From assembly GCA_027487795.1 (NCBI GenBank), contig JAIYCX010000037.1:25360-89359 (forward strand): a stretch of DNA of 64,000 nucleotides, read 5' to 3'. A program made the position numbers and the translations under genes. Below, piece after piece: positions 29,524 through 39,046 of this stretch. The DNA comes from Pseudomonadota bacterium. GTDB lineage: Bacteria; Bdellovibrionota_C; UBA2361; SZUA-149; DAOLCO01. Each line of letters opens with the position of its first letter. Position 1 is the stretch's first letter. Below the pieces are notes generated by a model. The model was not told the DNA's origin. It was given only the letters and a program-made list of their open reading frames with translations, and made no database searches.

Positions 29524-29835
29524 ATGAAACAAAGAAAATCGATTTCCAGAAATTATGCTGTCGCACTAGGTTATAGCTCTAGTGGTTACGGCGACTCTGA
29601 CAAATATCCTAAAGTACTGGCCTGTGGCGCCGGAGAAATCGCTAAAAGAATCCTGGAACTAGCGGAAGAAAATAATATAGCAATCAAGCAAGATGAAGAA
29701 TTACTAAGTATTTTAAGTAATTTCGAGGCTGGTAGCACAATTCCAGAAGAGAGTTTTCAAATTGTGTCTGAAATTCTAGCTTTTCTATTCAAAGCCGATT
29801 TAGAATGGCCAAAAACAATCCCAAACAATAAATAG
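29524..29835 (+). CDS. EscU/YscU/FlhB C-terminal-domain protein (FlhX/YlqH-like export switch)
   Basis: AVALGY...PKVLACGAGEIAKRILELAEENNIAI...IPEESFQIVSEILAFL. Confidence 0.9.
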   Translation: MKQRKSISRNYAVALGYSSSGYGDSDKYPKVLACGAGEIAKRILELAEENNIAIKQDEELLSILSNFEAGSTIPEESFQIVSEILAFLFKADLEWPKTIPNNK

Positions 29836-30102
29836 AACACTGCATATAGAACATTGCGCAATTAACTACCCTAAGTTACTACGTTTTAATTGTAGTTATT
29901 TAAATATTAATCTGTAAGTACTCAATCCTACATTCGTTTAAGCCATTGAAAGTTACATCTAAAATTCAGTTTGATTATGGTATTTCTTGATCTTCTATTT
30001 TAATGTAGCATTCTAAACTATATTATTATCACATTATTATTGATGTTATATTTATAACGCTCTTAATAATGCATTTCATACTTTAAGGAGTAAGAACGGA
30101 TT

Positions 30103-31491
30103 TTGGAAACACAAACAACAACTCAAGAAACAACTAGTCCAATTAAAGCTAGTTCTACAAACACAAAAGTAAGCTCAAATATTCCAAAGAGAGTTACACC
30201 TGACTACAAAGTTAAAGATATAACTTTAGCAGAAGCAGGTAGAAAGGCTATCCAATTAGCTGAAAAAGAAATGCCTGGTTTAATGTCACTAAGAAAAGAA
30301 TTTGGAAAAACTAAGCCACTAAAAGGTGCTAGAATTTCTGGTTGTTTACATATGACTGTAGAAACAGCTGTGCTTATTGAAACATTAGTTGAATTAGGTG
30401 CACAAGTTAGATGGTCAAGCTGTAATATTTTTTCTACACAAGATCATGCCGCGGCAGCTATAGCGAAAGCAGGTATCCCAGTATTTGCATGGAAAGCGAT
30501 GACTGAAGAAGAATACCTATGGTGCGTTGATCAAACTATATTCTACGATGATGGACAACCACTAAATATGATACTTGACGATGGTGGAGATCTTACAATC
30601 AGATGCCACGAGAATTTTCCTGAAGTAATGAGTTCTATCTACGGAATATCTGAAGAAACTACTACTGGTGTTCATAGACTTTACCAAATGTTTACTGAAG
30701 GAAAGCTAAAAGTTCCTGCGATAAACGTAAATGACTCAGTTACAAAGTCAAAATTTGACAATTTATACGGTTGCAGAGAGTCACTGGCTGATGGTCTAAA
30801 AAGAGCTACGGATGTAATGGTAGCTGGGAAAGTTGTAGTAGTTGCTGGATATGGAGATGTAGGTAAAGGTAGCGCTCACTCAATGAAGTCTCTTGGTGCA
30901 CGTGTCATCATAACTGAAATAGATCCTATCATAGCACTTCAAGCAGCTATGGAAGGTTATGAAGTTACAACCATGGAAGAAGCAGTAACTCAAGGTGATA
31001 TTTTTGTTACAGCAACAGGATGTTCAGATGTAATTACATCAGAACATATGATGAAGATGAAAGATCAAGCGATCGTATGTAATATTGGTCACTTTGATTC
31101 AGAAATCGAGTCATCATGGTTACTAAACAATCCAAAAGTAAAAGTTGAGTCAATTAAACCTCAGGTTGATAAGTGTACTCTGCCAAATGGAAATGAAATC
31201 ATCCTTCTTGCTGAAGGAAGACTAGTTAACTTAGGTTGTGCTACAGGGCATCCAGCGTTTGTAATGTCATGTTCTTTTACTAACCAAGTTTTAGCTCAAA
31301 TAGCTCTTTGGACTGATAAGAACAAATATCCAATTGGAGTTCACGTTCTACCAAAAGAACTAGATGAAAAAGTTGCTAGACTTCACTTAGATAAACTTGG
31401 AGTTAAATTAACAAAGTTAACTGATGCGCAGTCAAAGTATTTAGGTATAAACCAAGATGGGCCATACAAGCCTGATCATTATAGATACTAA
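30103..31491 (+). CDS. ahcY: S-adenosylhomocysteine hydrolase
   Basis: [53 protein letters not shown]. Confidence 0.98.
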   Translation: METQTTTQETTSPIKASSTNTKVSSNIPKRVTPDYKVKDITLAEAGRKAIQLAEKEMPGLMSLRKEFGKTKPLKGARISGCLHMTVETAVLIETLVELGAQVRWSSCNIFSTQDHAAAAIAKAGIPVFAWKAMTEEEYLWCVDQTIFYDDGQPLNMILDDGGDLTIRCHENFPEVMSSIYGISEETTTGVHRLYQMFTEGKLKVPAINVNDSVTKSKFDNLYGCRESLADGLKRATDVMVAGKVVVVAGYGDVGKGSAHSMKSLGARVIITEIDPIIALQAAMEGYEVTTMEEAVTQGDIFVTATGCSDVITSEHMMKMKDQAIVCNIGHFDSEIESSWLLNNPKVKVESIKPQVDKCTLPNGNEIILLAEGRLVNLGCATGHPAFVMSCSFTNQVLAQIALWTDKNKYPIGVHVLPKELDEKVARLHLDKLGVKLTKLTDAQSKYLGINQDGPYKPDHYRY

Positions 31492-31498
31492 TTAATAT

Positions 31499-33100
31499 CT
31501 ATATGACAAGAATAGGCAGGGAGTTGAAATTACTCCCTGCCTTTTTTATTTCTTCTTGACTTAGAGTATTAATCTCTAATCTTCTACTCTGAATATTTAC
31601 TTCAGAGGAAATTATTTTTGCCAAGTCTTTTCTAAACTGCTCTGATTTTTTAGTTAAGAAACTTACCTTAGCATCATCTTCAAGACTAAAATTTATATCT
31701 ATTTTATTCATGGAATAAAATGCTTCAAAAGAAGTAACTCCTAAATTTGGTAAAGGTATTTGTCCTTGAAAATGAATGACTTGATCCTTGTTACTTGTTT
31801 GATCTCTTTCTCGACTTTCTTCCCCCTCCTCCCTACTACCAGAATTATTATTTTTACTATTTTCCTTATTTCTTTTAGAATCAGGGTCGACAACTAATTC
31901 ACCAAAACCAAACATCCCCTGAAATAAAAAAGGAAATAGTATAAACTCCGGTTCATTGAGAGACTGCATAATTGGCTCAAGTCTATTAATCATCTCTTGG
32001 GTAGTTAACATTTGTTCAACTACTGTATGTAAAGATTTAACTTGATTAATATTATCATCAGTCATTTTATTATTTAATTGATTTAATAAGGTAGAGTTTT
32101 CTAATCTAGTTTCAATTCCCTTTTTTAAATCTTCAATGATAACAGATCTTGTATCTGATTTTTGATCACTAAGAGTTTTTAATTTAGTTAAAATGACTCT
32201 TAAATAATCACCGTAGTTCTGATTATTTTGACCTTTTGTACTTTTACTATCATTTCCTAAGTTCTCTATCTCAGAGCTTAAAGCAAATATTAATTTAGCT
32301 AATTGTTGCGAAGCACTTTTACCATTTGTCTTATCTAAAAATAGTAACTCATCTAACTTATCTCTGAGCAAAAATATAAATCTATCCTCCTTACTCCCGA
32401 AGGACTTACTTATTGTATCTCCCAGTTCTCTAGAAATTTCTGATATAGTCTTTGAGAGATTTCCTGAGAAGGCCTCTTTAAGCAGCTTTGCTAGTTTTAT
32501 AGGATTTTGTAATGTCTCCTCTGATGGGAGTATACTTTTTAATTTGTATAAAAGTTCGCTAAGATTTGAAGCTTTATTTATTAAGTTAAGTTCAGGGAAC
32601 CTCACATTAGCTGACAAATTATGATTTTCCTCTAAGACGGAAGGCAAATAAGGATTTAACCTTATTAGTAGATCTTCAACTTTTTTAGTCAAATCAGTTA
32701 TCGATCTTAATGAATCAAAAATAACTGGTGCTCCAGAAACATCCTTTGAAAAATTTGAAAAATCTCCTTTTTTTATTATTTCTTGTATTTTTAAAATTAT
32801 CTGAGAATCCTGTTTTAAAATTTCAGCCCTGACTCTATCTCCTACATTTACATCCTTAGGGAGTTTAGCTTCTATTAGCTGTCCAAATAAGTATAGTAGG
32901 CCTGTACCATTTGAATTATTTATTGACCTAACCAAGAACTGAAGTGAGTCCCCTACTTTCAAATCAGGTACACGCATAGGCAGAACTTGAGTAGATGAGA
33001 CACTTAAGGAGTCTTTAATTGCTTGAGGCACAGTAGCGCTTGAAGTCGGAGGGACCCCTGAAGTCTGATTACTCGATTTTATACTTATTTCTCCCGCCAT
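31499..33100 (-). CDS. Hypothetical protein, FliK-like (hook-length-control-type C-terminal domain)
   Basis: N-terminal beta domain, long Lys/Ser/Leu-rich helical middle, C-terminal LPNLG...IDINFS...LAK pattern; near the FlhB-like gene. Confidence 0.5.
   Translation of the reverse strand: MAGEISIKSSNQTSGVPPTSSATVPQAIKDSLSVSSTQVLPMRVPDLKVGDSLQFLVRSINNSNGTGLLYLFGQLIEAKLPKDVNVGDRVRAEILKQDSQIILKIQEIIKKGDFSNFSKDVSGAPVIFDSLRSITDLTKKVEDLLIRLNPYLPSVLEENHNLSANVRFPELNLINKASNLSELLYKLKSILPSEETLQNPIKLAKLLKEAFSGNLSKTISEISRELGDTISKSFGSKEDRFIFLLRDKLDELLFLDKTNGKSASQQLAKLIFALSSEIENLGNDSKSTKGQNNQNYGDYLRVILTKLKTLSDQKSDTRSVIIEDLKKGIETRLENSTLLNQLNNKMTDDNINQVKSLHTVVEQMLTTQEMINRLEPIMQSLNEPEFILFPFLFQGMFGFGELVVDPDSKRNKENSKNNNSGSREEGEESRERDQTSNKDQVIHFQGQIPLPNLGVTSFEAFYSMNKIDINFSLEDDAKVSFLTKKSEQFRKDLAKIISSEVNIQSRRLEINTLSQEEIKKAGSNFNSLPILVI
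31514..31547 (+). terminator. Rho-independent terminator of ahcY, inside the 3' end of the opposite-strand ORF
   Basis: AGGCAGGGAGT-N7-ACTCCCTGCCT followed by a T run. Confidence 0.8.
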
Positions 33101-33222
33101 TACTAAACTTTTCTATTCTATGATTTTAATTTAGATGATAGAAGGTACTGATTATTCTCGTTTTTTTAGCTATACAAAAAGCTAGAAATAAGACTCATGT
33201 TATTAGTTACTTAAACAGATCT

Positions 33223-34128
33223 ATGAAAAATTTTTTTAGTGCACTTGGTATTATTTTCTCTTTATTCCTAGTTATGATGGCAATAGGCTTCTTTGCTCTT
33301 GTAAAAGGCTTAGATGCAAATACTATAACTGATTTATCTGCAACGAAGGATAATTCAGTCGGAATAGTAGACCTAAAAGGGGAAATTAATAATTCATATG
33401 AGTTCAGAGAAAAGCTTGATAAATTCGTACAAGATAAATCTATTAAAGCTATAGTGATTGCAATAGACTCTCCAGGTGGAGCAGTTGGAGCTTCCGAGGA
33501 AATCTATAGATATATACTAGAAGCAAGAAGCAAAAAACCTGTTGTTTGTTCACTAGGGAACATGGCTGCTTCTGGAGGACTATACTCATCCTTAGGTTGT
33601 CAAAAAGTTATTACACAAGCCGGTACTCTAACAGGTTCAATTGGTGTAATCATGATGTTGCCAAACGTTAGTTCGATTATGGAAAAAGTTGGTGTCCAGT
33701 TTCATATAATCAAAACTGGACAATTCAAAGATACTGGAACGCCATTTAGAGATCTTACAGAATCAGATCGTAATTTTCTTCACTCGGTTGCATCTCAGGC
33801 ATACGAACAGTTTATAGATGCTGTCTCTACTGCTAGAAATATCCCTAAAGAAAAAGTAAGAGAATTTGCAGATGGTAGAATTATTCTGGGTGAAACTTCA
33901 GTTAAGTTAGGCCTAGCAGATAAAATAGGTACACTTAAAGATGCCGCTAGGGAATCTCTAAGCCTAGTCCCAGGATACGATGCAACTAAAGCAGTAGAAC
34001 CTAGCCTTGTTTTCCCTACCAAAAAAATGAAATTTGCTGAGTTCTTAGAGAATGTTAATGGAGAAGCTTCAGTTCCTTTTATTCCTCAGAAGTTTCAAAG
34101 CATGAGCATTCGTTACCAATTAATGTAA
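33223..34128 (+). CDS. sppA: Signal peptide peptidase SppA (36K type)
   Basis: IDSPGGAV, MAASGGLY, TGSIGVI, KTGQFKD, ADGRI. Confidence 0.95.
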   Translation: MKNFFSALGIIFSLFLVMMAIGFFALVKGLDANTITDLSATKDNSVGIVDLKGEINNSYEFREKLDKFVQDKSIKAIVIAIDSPGGAVGASEEIYRYILEARSKKPVVCSLGNMAASGGLYSSLGCQKVITQAGTLTGSIGVIMMLPNVSSIMEKVGVQFHIIKTGQFKDTGTPFRDLTESDRNFLHSVASQAYEQFIDAVSTARNIPKEKVREFADGRIILGETSVKLGLADKIGTLKDAARESLSLVPGYDATKAVEPSLVFPTKKMKFAEFLENVNGEASVPFIPQKFQSMSIRYQLM

Positions 34129-34197
34129 GATATTAATAAAATAGAAATAAGAGTTCTTGCGTAACAGTTTTCAGATATGCTTTAATTAAATATAGAT

Positions 34198-34932
34198 ATG
34201 GACAATAATTTACAATCGCCTCATATACTAATTATTGAAGATGAACCTTCTGTAAGAGAAGGACTAATTGATAGTTTAACGCTAGAAGGTTATAAAATTA
34301 GCTTTTCAGACAATGGACCTGATGGGGTTACTTCTTATACAGAAAATCGCCCTGATCTAGTTATATTAGACGTGATGATACCCGGCCTAGATGGGCTGGA
34401 AGTATGTAAAAAAATTAGACTTCAAAATAATACTACTCCTATTATCATATTAACAGCCAAGGCTGGTGAAATAGATAAAGTACTTGGGCTTGAACTTGGT
34501 GCCGATGATTATCTAACAAAGCCTTTTGGAATGAGAGAGTTGTTAGCCCGAATTAAAGCTTTACTAAGAAGATCCTCACCTGCATTAAGCTTATCTAGTG
34601 AAGTTGTCGTAGAGGCAAATGAAGAATTTAATGAAATAACATTTTCAGATGTTGCTGTAGATTTCAAAACTTATAGAGCTAAAAAAGGCACTAAAGAATT
34701 AAACCTGTCAGCCAAAGAATTTGAACTACTAAAGTACCTAAGTAAAAAAGTAGATGTACCTGTAAGTAGAGATGAATTACTAGATCAAGTATGGGGCTAT
34801 AACTCTTATCCGACGACTAGGACTGTTGATAATTTTATTGCAAGACTGAGACAAAAATTAGAAGAATCACCCGAAAGACCACGTCATATCCTAACTGTAC
34901 ATGGGGTTGGATATAAGTTTGTTTACGCATAG
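34198..34932 (+). CDS. OmpR/PhoB-family response regulator (no adjacent kinase)
   Basis: IIEDE, LDVMIP, GADDYLTKPF, winged helix TRTVDNFIARLRQK...TVHGVGYKF. Confidence 0.95.
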   Translation: MDNNLQSPHILIIEDEPSVREGLIDSLTLEGYKISFSDNGPDGVTSYTENRPDLVILDVMIPGLDGLEVCKKIRLQNNTTPIIILTAKAGEIDKVLGLELGADDYLTKPFGMRELLARIKALLRRSSPALSLSSEVVVEANEEFNEITFSDVAVDFKTYRAKKGTKELNLSAKEFELLKYLSKKVDVPVSRDELLDQVWGYNSYPTTRTVDNFIARLRQKLEESPERPRHILTVHGVGYKFVYA

Positions 34933-35037
34933 CTCCAATAATTACAACTACTTATGCTCATAACTAGATTTTTTTCAAAATAATTAAATATTTTAAATCT
35001 AACTGAATCCTTTTTTGTCCCCGAAGTATCTCAACTG

Positions 35038-35055
35038 TGTAACAACTTTGTAACA
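35038..35055 (+). promoter_or_regulatory. Direct repeat resembling an OmpR/PhoB-family operator
   Basis: TGTAACA-N4-TGTAACA (11-bp period) 15 nt upstream of the anti-sigma ORF. Confidence 0.45.
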
Positions 35056-35070
35056 GGGGTAGCAAAAATC

Positions 35071-35472
35071 GTGAATACACTAGGTAATTTAAATCAAAAA
35101 ATAAATAAGAACTATATTAACCAAGCTTCAGCATCTAATAAGCTAGCTAAAAGCAGTCGACTAAATAAAATACTAGCAAACAAGGCTCAGATATTGGAAA
35201 CTATTACTAGCCCCTGCGGATTAGCAGAGGATATTTTAAATGATTACGTTGATTGTGAACTTGATCTCTCATCTAGAGATAGAGTAGAGGAACATTTATG
35301 TGCTTGCAAATACTGCAAAGAAACTGTTAATGAACTTTTATTTCTTAAAGCTAGTACAGGATTGTTATCTAATACTAAAATTGACTTAGATCTTGGTATT
35401 AAAAATAGATTAAGAAATGCATTAACCAAAGAACTTGGGATAAACTTATCAAATGCAAATTATAAAAAATAA
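35071..35472 (+). CDS. zf-HC2 (ZAS) anti-sigma-factor-like protein, soluble
   Basis: C...LNDYVDCEL...VEEHLCACKYC (HxxxCxxC). Confidence 0.8.
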   Translation: MNTLGNLNQKINKNYINQASASNKLAKSSRLNKILANKAQILETITSPCGLAEDILNDYVDCELDLSSRDRVEEHLCACKYCKETVNELLFLKASTGLLSNTKIDLDLGIKNRLRNALTKELGINLSNANYKK

Positions 35473-35492
35473 ACCAGTCTAGGGACCGAAAT

Positions 35493-35630
35493 ATGTTATA
35501 CTTATTTGGAATTATTTCGGTCATAGTATGTTTTCTATTTTTGGGATACATTTGGCTTGAAGTAGAAGAGAAAAACGCTGAGAAGCCAGAGGCTCAAAGA
35601 AAGTGGTCAGATCCAAAAAACAAAGGCTAA
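35493..35630 (+). CDS. Small single-pass membrane protein (45 aa), absent from the ORF track
   Basis: MLYLFGIISVIVCFLFLGYIWLEVEEKNAEKPEAQRKWSDPKNKG; AGGGA SD-like at 35481; fills the gap between two co-oriented genes. Confidence 0.65.
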   Translation: MLYLFGIISVIVCFLFLGYIWLEVEEKNAEKPEAQRKWSDPKNKG

Positions 35631-36202
35631 AGATAGCGAATCATCAAAAATATTCACTGTCTTTTCTAATTTTCTCTTCCCTAAATTTATTAATCAGTAT
35701 TCTTTGTCTTTTTACCCAAAACATACTTGCAGAAGAAAAAGAGGAAAAAGATAGTACTGAAGATACCTCAGTACTTATCAAAGAAAATAAATCTAAAAAT
35801 GCTAATTCTATAGAAACATACTATAGCGAACTATTTAGAGAGAAAGCAAAAGAAGCTCATGCTGGAGTTATATTAGGCAATATAATTGCAGTTGATGATG
35901 ATTCTCATTATATTTATGTTAAACCAAAAGAAACAGGACTAGGTAGACTTTTTGTTTATATAGATTCAAAAACAGCAATAACTTTTGAGGAAAAGAATAA
36001 AAGGAAAAAACTAAAAATCTCAGATTTATTTGAAGGAGATAGAGTTGCAATAAGATCGTTAGCTAAATATGGCATAATACTAGCTGATGAAATTTTCCTC
36101 ATCAAAGGAGATTTCGAACAAAAAACTAAATACGCTAAGAAAAAAATATCAGCAGCAAGTAAACCTGCTGGAGAAAAGGAGAAAAAATCTGGTGGTCACT
36201 AA
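35603..36202 (+). CDS. Exported hypothetical protein (OB-fold/DUF5666-like)
   Basis: Signal peptide ILA|EE; GNIIAVD...IDSKTAIT...ISDLFEGDRVAI...ADEI pattern. Confidence 0.6.
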   Translation: MVRSKKQRLKIANHQKYSLSFLIFSSLNLLISILCLFTQNILAEEKEEKDSTEDTSVLIKENKSKNANSIETYYSELFREKAKEAHAGVILGNIIAVDDDSHYIYVKPKETGLGRLFVYIDSKTAITFEEKNKRKKLKISDLFEGDRVAIRSLAKYGIILADEIFLIKGDFEQKTKYAKKKISAASKPAGEKEKKSGGH

Positions 36203-36608
36203 TTCTACTATAAATAAATGTACTATTTGTCTCTTAACTATAATAAGTATAGTAACAGTCGTACATGCGGAGAAACCAAAAAACATGCGATCAGAAAAAA
36301 ATTTCTCTGTATACGTTCCAGAATCTGACGAAACTAAAGAGTTAAATCTAAAAAAACATCAAACTGGTTCTGTCAAAGTATACTTATCGACACTTGGTGA
36401 ACAGGTTGATAAGTATATGGTATCAATAATTCGCCTTGGAGAAGACCAGATAGTAGCAAGCGGGCTTACTGATGTACATGGAGAAATTAACTTTAGAAAA
36501 CTTTCTCCAGGTAAATATACAGTTTATCTTAATAAAAAAGTTAATGTTGAAGAAAATGAACTTACTACTGTTAAAATCGGAGATTTTTTTCTTAAAGCTA
36601 CTCCCTAA
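36192..36608 (+). CDS. Exported hypothetical protein with a prealbumin/carboxypeptidase-regulatory-like fold
   Basis: Probable GTG start at 36192 (AAAGGA upstream), signal VHA|EK, TDVHGEINFRKLSPGKYTV motif. Confidence 0.65.
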   Translation: MVTNSTINKCTICLLTIISIVTVVHAEKPKNMRSEKNFSVYVPESDETKELNLKKHQTGSVKVYLSTLGEQVDKYMVSIIRLGEDQIVASGLTDVHGEINFRKLSPGKYTVYLNKKVNVEENELTTVKIGDFFLKATP

Positions 36609-37098
36609 TCAAAAGTTTACTAAACTAATAATTTATAAATTAATAGTTTTAAATTTACTATTCAACACTAGTTGTTCTTTTAAAAAAAATAACCCGCCTC
36701 AAACATCTAAATACAAAGTTGAAGTTACTGACAGCTCTGGTAAAAAAATAGATTCTTCTACTAACTTAGTTAGTAGAGTGGAAATTAAAACTTTAAAAGA
36801 TAAAAATACCTTAGGCCTAGGTAAACAATCGAATTCATCAGCTCCTATATTATTTTCTGTTAAGCCAGTAGTTGATGGGTACAAAAAAGTTAATGGTCTT
36901 AAAATAATATCTCAAACTCCCGCATCAACACTATTAAAACTAAAAAACAATGATTTGATTACGGCAATTGGACAAAAGAAACCAAATTCTGGAAAAGATA
37001 GTAAATATCTTACTCAATGTCTTAAAACAAATAAAGAATGTAGCCTGACTTACGAAAGACTAGGTAAAGCATACAAAATATATATCTATAAGCTTTAG
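36556..37098 (+). CDS. Putative lipoprotein with a PDZ-like domain (GspC-PDZ-like)
   Basis: LFNTSC lipobox-like, GLKII...LKNNDLITAIG...LTYERLGK; start uncertain (ORF track 36472). Confidence 0.55.
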   Translation: MNLLLLKSEIFFLKLLPNQKFTKLIIYKLIVLNLLFNTSCSFKKNNPPQTSKYKVEVTDSSGKKIDSSTNLVSRVEIKTLKDKNTLGLGKQSNSSAPILFSVKPVVDGYKKVNGLKIISQTPASTLLKLKNNDLITAIGQKKPNSGKDSKYLTQCLKTNKECSLTYERLGKAYKIYIYKL

Positions 37099-37565
37099 TT
37101 AATAAACTTTATTTTATTTCCTGATGGGTCTGTAATTGTAAATGTTGTAGTATATTTTAATTTATTAACTTCGGATATTTGACTATTTCTAATTTCAGAA
37201 TCAGTTATCCTAGCATGTAAACGATGATGTAGTTTATTGATACCATTTTTTACTTTGATTAATATTTCTGACTTTGAAGAAACATTCTGTTCCAAAGATT
37301 TATTTGCTATTAATTTTTTACTATCAGGAAGTATAAAGATAATTTCTTCTGGAGTTTCTGATAGTATTTTAAATTCTAAAATCCTTTCATAAAAATCTTT
37401 TGTTTGGCCGGGGTCTTGATAATAAAAGCTGCTACCCTCTAATTGAATAAGATAGTTATCAAAAATAGTCTTTTCTCTATGACTACCTGACCAAAGAAAT
37501 ACAAAACCAATTACTACAAAATAAAGTAATACTATTTTTATAAAAGAGCTTGTTGAGTAATTCAT
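37095..37565 (-). CDS. Membrane-anchored VOC/glyoxalase-like protein
   Basis: N-terminal TM, DFYERILEF and FTITDPSGNKIKF motifs. Confidence 0.6.
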   Translation of the reverse strand: MNYSTSSFIKIVLLYFVVIGFVFLWSGSHREKTIFDNYLIQLEGSSFYYQDPGQTKDFYERILEFKILSETPEEIIFILPDSKKLIANKSLEQNVSSKSEILIKVKNGINKLHHRLHARITDSEIRNSQISEVNKLKYTTTFTITDPSGNKIKFIN

Positions 37566-37653
37566 ACAATAAGAATGATAAATTTGTTATGCTGTCTATA
37601 GTTGTGCTGTAATGATAAGAAATTAAATTACATAAATAAATTCAGGCTAAATT

Positions 37654-38859
37654 TTGTTATCTATAGAAAAAAGACTAATATATCTTTCAATGATTGGGAT
37701 AATAACATCTTTCTATCTCACTCACCATCATTTAGAAATAAACTCTAATTTACAAATTGGAGAGTCTATTTGTTCTATAAACGAATCTATAAACTGCGAC
37801 TCAGTAGCAAGGAGTGAATATTCTCATCTCGCTGGTATTCCAATAAGCTTAATTGGTCTTTTTTATTACCTATCTCTATTTTCCTTCTTAGTAATATTAA
37901 AGAACTTAGATTTTAAATTTAAAAAAGGCATTTTAGTTGTATTTTCTACTGTTAGTGTGATTTGTAGTATCAGCCTAGGACTCGTGTCATGGTTTGCTAT
38001 AAAAAGTATTTGTATTTTTTGCTGTTTGATTTATTTAATTAATATTTTAATCGCCTTACTCTCTTTTAAATTACCTTCGAATAAAGATAAATCTGGCGCT
38101 TCATTTAAAATAAACTATATAGATGTAACACTTTTTGCTATTTCCACAGCAGGTATTATGCTAGCACTATGTTATTTCCCTAATGTCTGGAAAACATATT
38201 TTCTAGAACCCAGATACAATAGTGTTTATAATCAAACGAGGATTAATGAACTAGTTGAAAAATGGAAACTAGAAGTAAAAAATCCATTACTTGAAAATAG
38301 TCAAATTTTAGCAACTGGCTTATTAGTTGGTAAAGAAAATGCACCAATTAAAATTGTAGAATTTAGTGACTACGAATGTCCGTTCTGTAAGAAAGTCTCT
38401 CCGGTGTTAGAAAAGCTTGTGGCCGATAATGAGGAATTGGTAAATCTTACTATTTTAAATTATCCACTTGATGAGAGTTGCAATCCATCTATAAAAAAGA
38501 AATTCCACGATTCCTCTTGCCAATCAGCTTCCTTAGTGATTTGTGAAAATTTAGCAAAAACAAATAAAAATTTTCTACTTCATAAATTTTTAATTGCTAG
38601 TACTATATCTAGTAAAGATAATTTAAAAAGTTTAGCTTCAACTAAGTTCTCAAATACCCTAACTAATGAACTTGACTACTGCCTTAATAGTAATGACGTT
38701 AAAGATTCTTTAGCAAATCAAATAGATCTAGCAATTAAGCTTGGTATTAATTCCACACCAACTATATATATAGACAGTAAAAAAATAGAATTTGACTCCT
38801 TCTTCCAAATAGAAAGTCTATTAAAACAGATAATCCTTGCCTATTCAAAGAAAAGCTAA
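37654..38859 (+). CDS. VKOR - DsbA/thioredoxin fusion (disulfide bond formation)
   Basis: CSINESINCDSVARSEYS, CIFC in the VKOR part; EFSDYECPFC and GINSTPT in the DsbA part. Confidence 0.92.
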   Translation: MLSIEKRLIYLSMIGIITSFYLTHHHLEINSNLQIGESICSINESINCDSVARSEYSHLAGIPISLIGLFYYLSLFSFLVILKNLDFKFKKGILVVFSTVSVICSISLGLVSWFAIKSICIFCCLIYLINILIALLSFKLPSNKDKSGASFKINYIDVTLFAISTAGIMLALCYFPNVWKTYFLEPRYNSVYNQTRINELVEKWKLEVKNPLLENSQILATGLLVGKENAPIKIVEFSDYECPFCKKVSPVLEKLVADNEELVNLTILNYPLDESCNPSIKKKFHDSSCQSASLVICENLAKTNKNFLLHKFLIASTISSKDNLKSLASTKFSNTLTNELDYCLNSNDVKDSLANQIDLAIKLGINSTPTIYIDSKKIEFDSFFQIESLLKQIILAYSKKS

Positions 38860-39046
38860 CTTAGATATTAGCTCAGTTAACTTCAATAAATTCAATATTT
38901 TAAGTCTATATCAATAATAAGCTAATCTGTGATTTGACTAATTTCTCTCTAACTTAGATCATTATAGCCTTATTTTTAAAGCACTTTTTAGAAAACAAGG
39001 TGCATAACTTAACCGTATTTATATTAAGTTACCAATAGGTAGTATC

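Noticed and set aside
29836-30102. SAH or SAM riboswitch upstream of ahcY
   Set aside because: Very AT-rich with no recognisable conserved riboswitch core; a SahR-like ATCA...TGAT site is off in spacing.
36087-36191. ORF-track start of the 173-aa protein
   Set aside because: Overlaps the upstream gene by over 100 nt; GTG at 36192 has an SD-like sequence and gives a proper signal peptide.
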